A stretch of DNA of 35,111 nucleotides, filler included, from an uncultured virus (IMG/VR IMGVR_UViG_2061766007_001136) (taxonomy: Duplodnaviria; Heunggongvirae; Uroviricota; Caudoviricetes). It is 3 parts of one record of this genome, joined end to end, with 100 filler letters (N's around TTAATTAATTAA, not from the genome) between each part and the next. Parts side by side here need not be neighbours in the genome. Positions count along the whole stretch, not along the records: positions 28,232 to 34,014 come from IMGVR_UViG_2061766007_001136; positions 34,115 to 35,111 come from IMGVR_UViG_2061766007_001136; 1 more part is not named here. One strand, written 5' to 3'. The translations under genes were made by a program, and so were the position numbers. This document shows, in pieces, positions 32,567 to 35,111 of the stretch (position 1 is the first letter of the stretch; each line of letters starts with the position of its first letter). The notes under the pieces were generated by a model, which did no database searches, was not told where the DNA came from, and was given only the letters and a program-made list of their open reading frames with translations.

Positions 32567-34014
32567 TTATTTAAGACAATAACCTGAAAATTTATCTACT
32601 TCAGGTTCTTTATTAAATTTAAACTTTTCAGTTATTCCTATACTATCAAAGTAGCTTAGAAGAATACTGTGTCTATTATGATAAATTTCTTCCATTTTCT
32701 GTACATAAGCTTTACGACACTTAGCTACATCATTTGGATGTAGTGTAAAAGCATCGTGGTTAGGAAGAATCCAATCAAGCTGTAAACATACATGATTAGC
32801 TACTTGACTGTCTAAATTNNNNNNNNNNNNNNNNNNNNNNNNNNNNNNNNNNNNNNCTGCTGAGTATCTGGTACCATAGCAACTTCTCTTGTTATTTTCT
32901 TAAGTTTTGACTGTGCAGTATGATAGACAAAGTATTCTACACGTTTTTGTTCTTGCCACTTAAATCGATTGCACTCTATATTAAACTCCTCATTAAATAT
33001 TTTTACTCTCATTTTCGTTTTTGGATTAACATTATTAATAATGAAATCCTTAAAACGATTAGCTTNNNNNNNNNNNNNNNNNNNNNNNNNNNNNAGCATT
33101 AAGCATAGGTTGAGTATATTCAAGCTTGTTATGATCCCACAAATCCTTAGGTTTCTTAGAACTCCCATAAAGCATGGGAGTTAAAGCTTTCTTGACGTGC
33201 AGTCTGGAACAGTAATCAACCGTCCAGATGTCACCAAAGATTTCAGGATTGATGAGATTAGTTTGGTCAAGATATGTATGATTATTTAATAATACTCCTA
33301 TCATTTGAATTTGACTAGCCAATGCATCTATTTCTATTGGAACAGTCCATTCTTCAGGATGTTCTAAATTTTCATAGATACGTTCACACCAAATCCTTTC
33401 ATGTAAATCTTCGATGCTAGGGAGATTTCTTTCTTTGTATTGTCTATAACCAAAGCTAGCTTTATCCTCTGCATTTTGTCCTCTATAGCCAAATAATTCG
33501 GCTATAGCCATATATACAGAGGCAAAGTCATGAAGAGGTGCAGGAGCAGTTTTAAGAACTGCCCTTGCTTCCTTTGAACTTACAGGATTGAACACCTTTT
33601 TCGAGCATTGGAATATTGCTCTTCCTCTACTATCGATTATGCAGTTTCCTAAAGTATAATTAGCATTATCAATAGCGTACCAATCCGTTAAGTCAGACAG
33701 TATTTCTTGATATGTTATTTCTCTAGTAGAACCTGCTAATCCTTTCATAAGGTTTTCTGCTATTTTATCACGATACTTAAGAATATACTTAGTATCGTAA
33801 CTAAACTTGCAATTTCCTGCTTTCATAAATCCTTTACGAATTAGTCCAGTGGGAATATGCTTCCCATTAATCTGGACAATATCAGATAACTTAGATTTAG
33901 TATAAGTCATACGATACTTATTAAACTTATACCTATACATTACAGAAATAAGTTCATCTTTAGAAACCCATTTTAGAAGTTTTTCAGGATTTAAAGATAC
34001 GTTTGCATAGTTCT
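32567..34014 (-). CDS. Compact T7-like single-subunit RNA polymerase (5' partial, gapped)
   Basis: DSRGR, motif A IEIDALASQIQ, motif B RLHVKKALTPMLYGS, motif C LPNHDAF; ends FSGYCLK*. Confidence 0.88.
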
Positions 34015-34114
34015 NNNNNNNNNNNNNNNNNNNNNNNNNNNNNNNNNNNNNNNNNNNNTTAATTAATTAANNNNNNNNNNNNNNNNNNNNNNNNNNNNNN
34101 NNNNNNNNNNNNNN
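34015..34114. other. Artificial contig linker
   Basis: N44-TTAATTAATTAA-N44. Confidence 0.95.
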
Positions 34115-35111
34115 GCATAGTCAACTACTGAGAGGAATCCTCCTGTCTTGGCGAACGATCCCTTGCATGTCTCAATGAACTTCTTGGCATCGACATCCCA
34201 TACGGCATGGGCAATCAGGACTAGGTTGAATCCTGATTCCTGCATGGAGTTCAGTGCATCGAGGAAAGTATTGATTTCCTTGTTTACATTGCTCCATACG
34301 TCGTAGCCATGAAACCTCTTGGAACAGCTAGCTTCGATGTCGGTAAAGATCCTACTGACTGAATCGAAGCAGATCGTGTCGGGGAGAGCTTTAAACCTCT
34401 CTTCGTAAGCTGTCAACTTGTCCTGCACCAAATCTAGCAGATCGTCTATCTTCTGGTACTCAGGCACGTTGACGTGAGGCATAGGCAGAGAGAAAGGCTT
34501 TCCATCCCTAGACACGACAAAGGCATTCTTTAATGTTTTAAGCAATGTAGTCTTACCNNNNNNNNNNTAAGGAGTAGCTGAAATCATTTATCTGGTCAGT
34601 AATAACGTTTTTAAGTCTACAGCAAGAGCTAAGACTGTCTGCTGTATCAGATGAATAAATAAAGAAGCTATTCCCTTCNNNNNNNNNNGAGCCACTGGGA
34701 AACCTCTTCTTCAGTGAGACCGTCCTTGTAGGAGATCTTGTCGGCTATCTCCTCTTCCTTGGAATACTGCTTGCCCATTTCCTCAGAGTTGTTGACGATC
34801 TCAGAAGCGGTAGCGTTGTCCTCGTAGCGGAAGAAGTTCCTGACTATCTTCGACTCCTGAATCTTGCCTTCGTAGATCCTGTATTCGAACTGAACGCGGA
34901 TTTTCACAGGCATGTCGTCGAACTCAGTCAAGACCATGCACTCCTTCTCCTCTCCACCCTTTCCGATGGGAAGCATTCGAGGAGTGGGATCTTGAATCTC
35001 TGTTCCTTCTCCAAAGTCTGCAATGACGCAGAGCTTGTTGAAGAGCTTCGCTCCAAGGTTTGCAGAGCCGTCATTGTTGGTAAGCCTCATGGCTTGGAAA
35101 ATGATCTGCTC
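34115..35111 (-). repeat. Strain-variant fragments: Sak4 (34115-34557), nrdD (34568-34678), SSB (34689-35111)
   Basis: Proteins nearly identical to the main copies, with mainly synonymous changes; pieces separated by N runs. Confidence 0.85.

Noticed and set aside
34115..35111. Second Sak4/nrdD/SSB cluster
   Set aside because: Leftover variant fragments on a separate contig.

Overview
Gappy, mixed-strain scaffold of a lytic dsDNA phage with N4/Schitoviridae-like architecture, probably infecting an anaerobe (class III RNR). It consists of three contigs joined by 100-nt N44-TTAATTAATTAA-N44 linkers. Plus strand 1-11011 holds a giant (>3600 aa) virion RNA polymerase broken by N gaps. The minus strand carries three tRNAs, a ~540-nt hairpin-packed candidate ncRNA, SSB/Sak4/PD-(D/E)XK genes, nrdG/nrdD, dUTPase, a family A DNA polymerase split into three genes, GIY-YIG and HNH nucleases, a helicase-primase, an SF1 helicase, thyX, a tRNA-Leu(UAA) interrupted by a group I intron encoding an HNH protein, and a compact T7-like RNA polymerase. 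Most notable: (1) the large structured RNA beside the tRNAs; (2) the HNH-bearing tRNA intron, whose ORF reads through the ribozyme core; (3) a dispersed family of ~110-bp helically periodic DNA elements, some inside genes; (4) the three-piece PolA; (5) a free-standing HNH gene flanked by two synonymously recoded copies of the primase 3' end. All calls come from reading motifs by eye; no searches were run.
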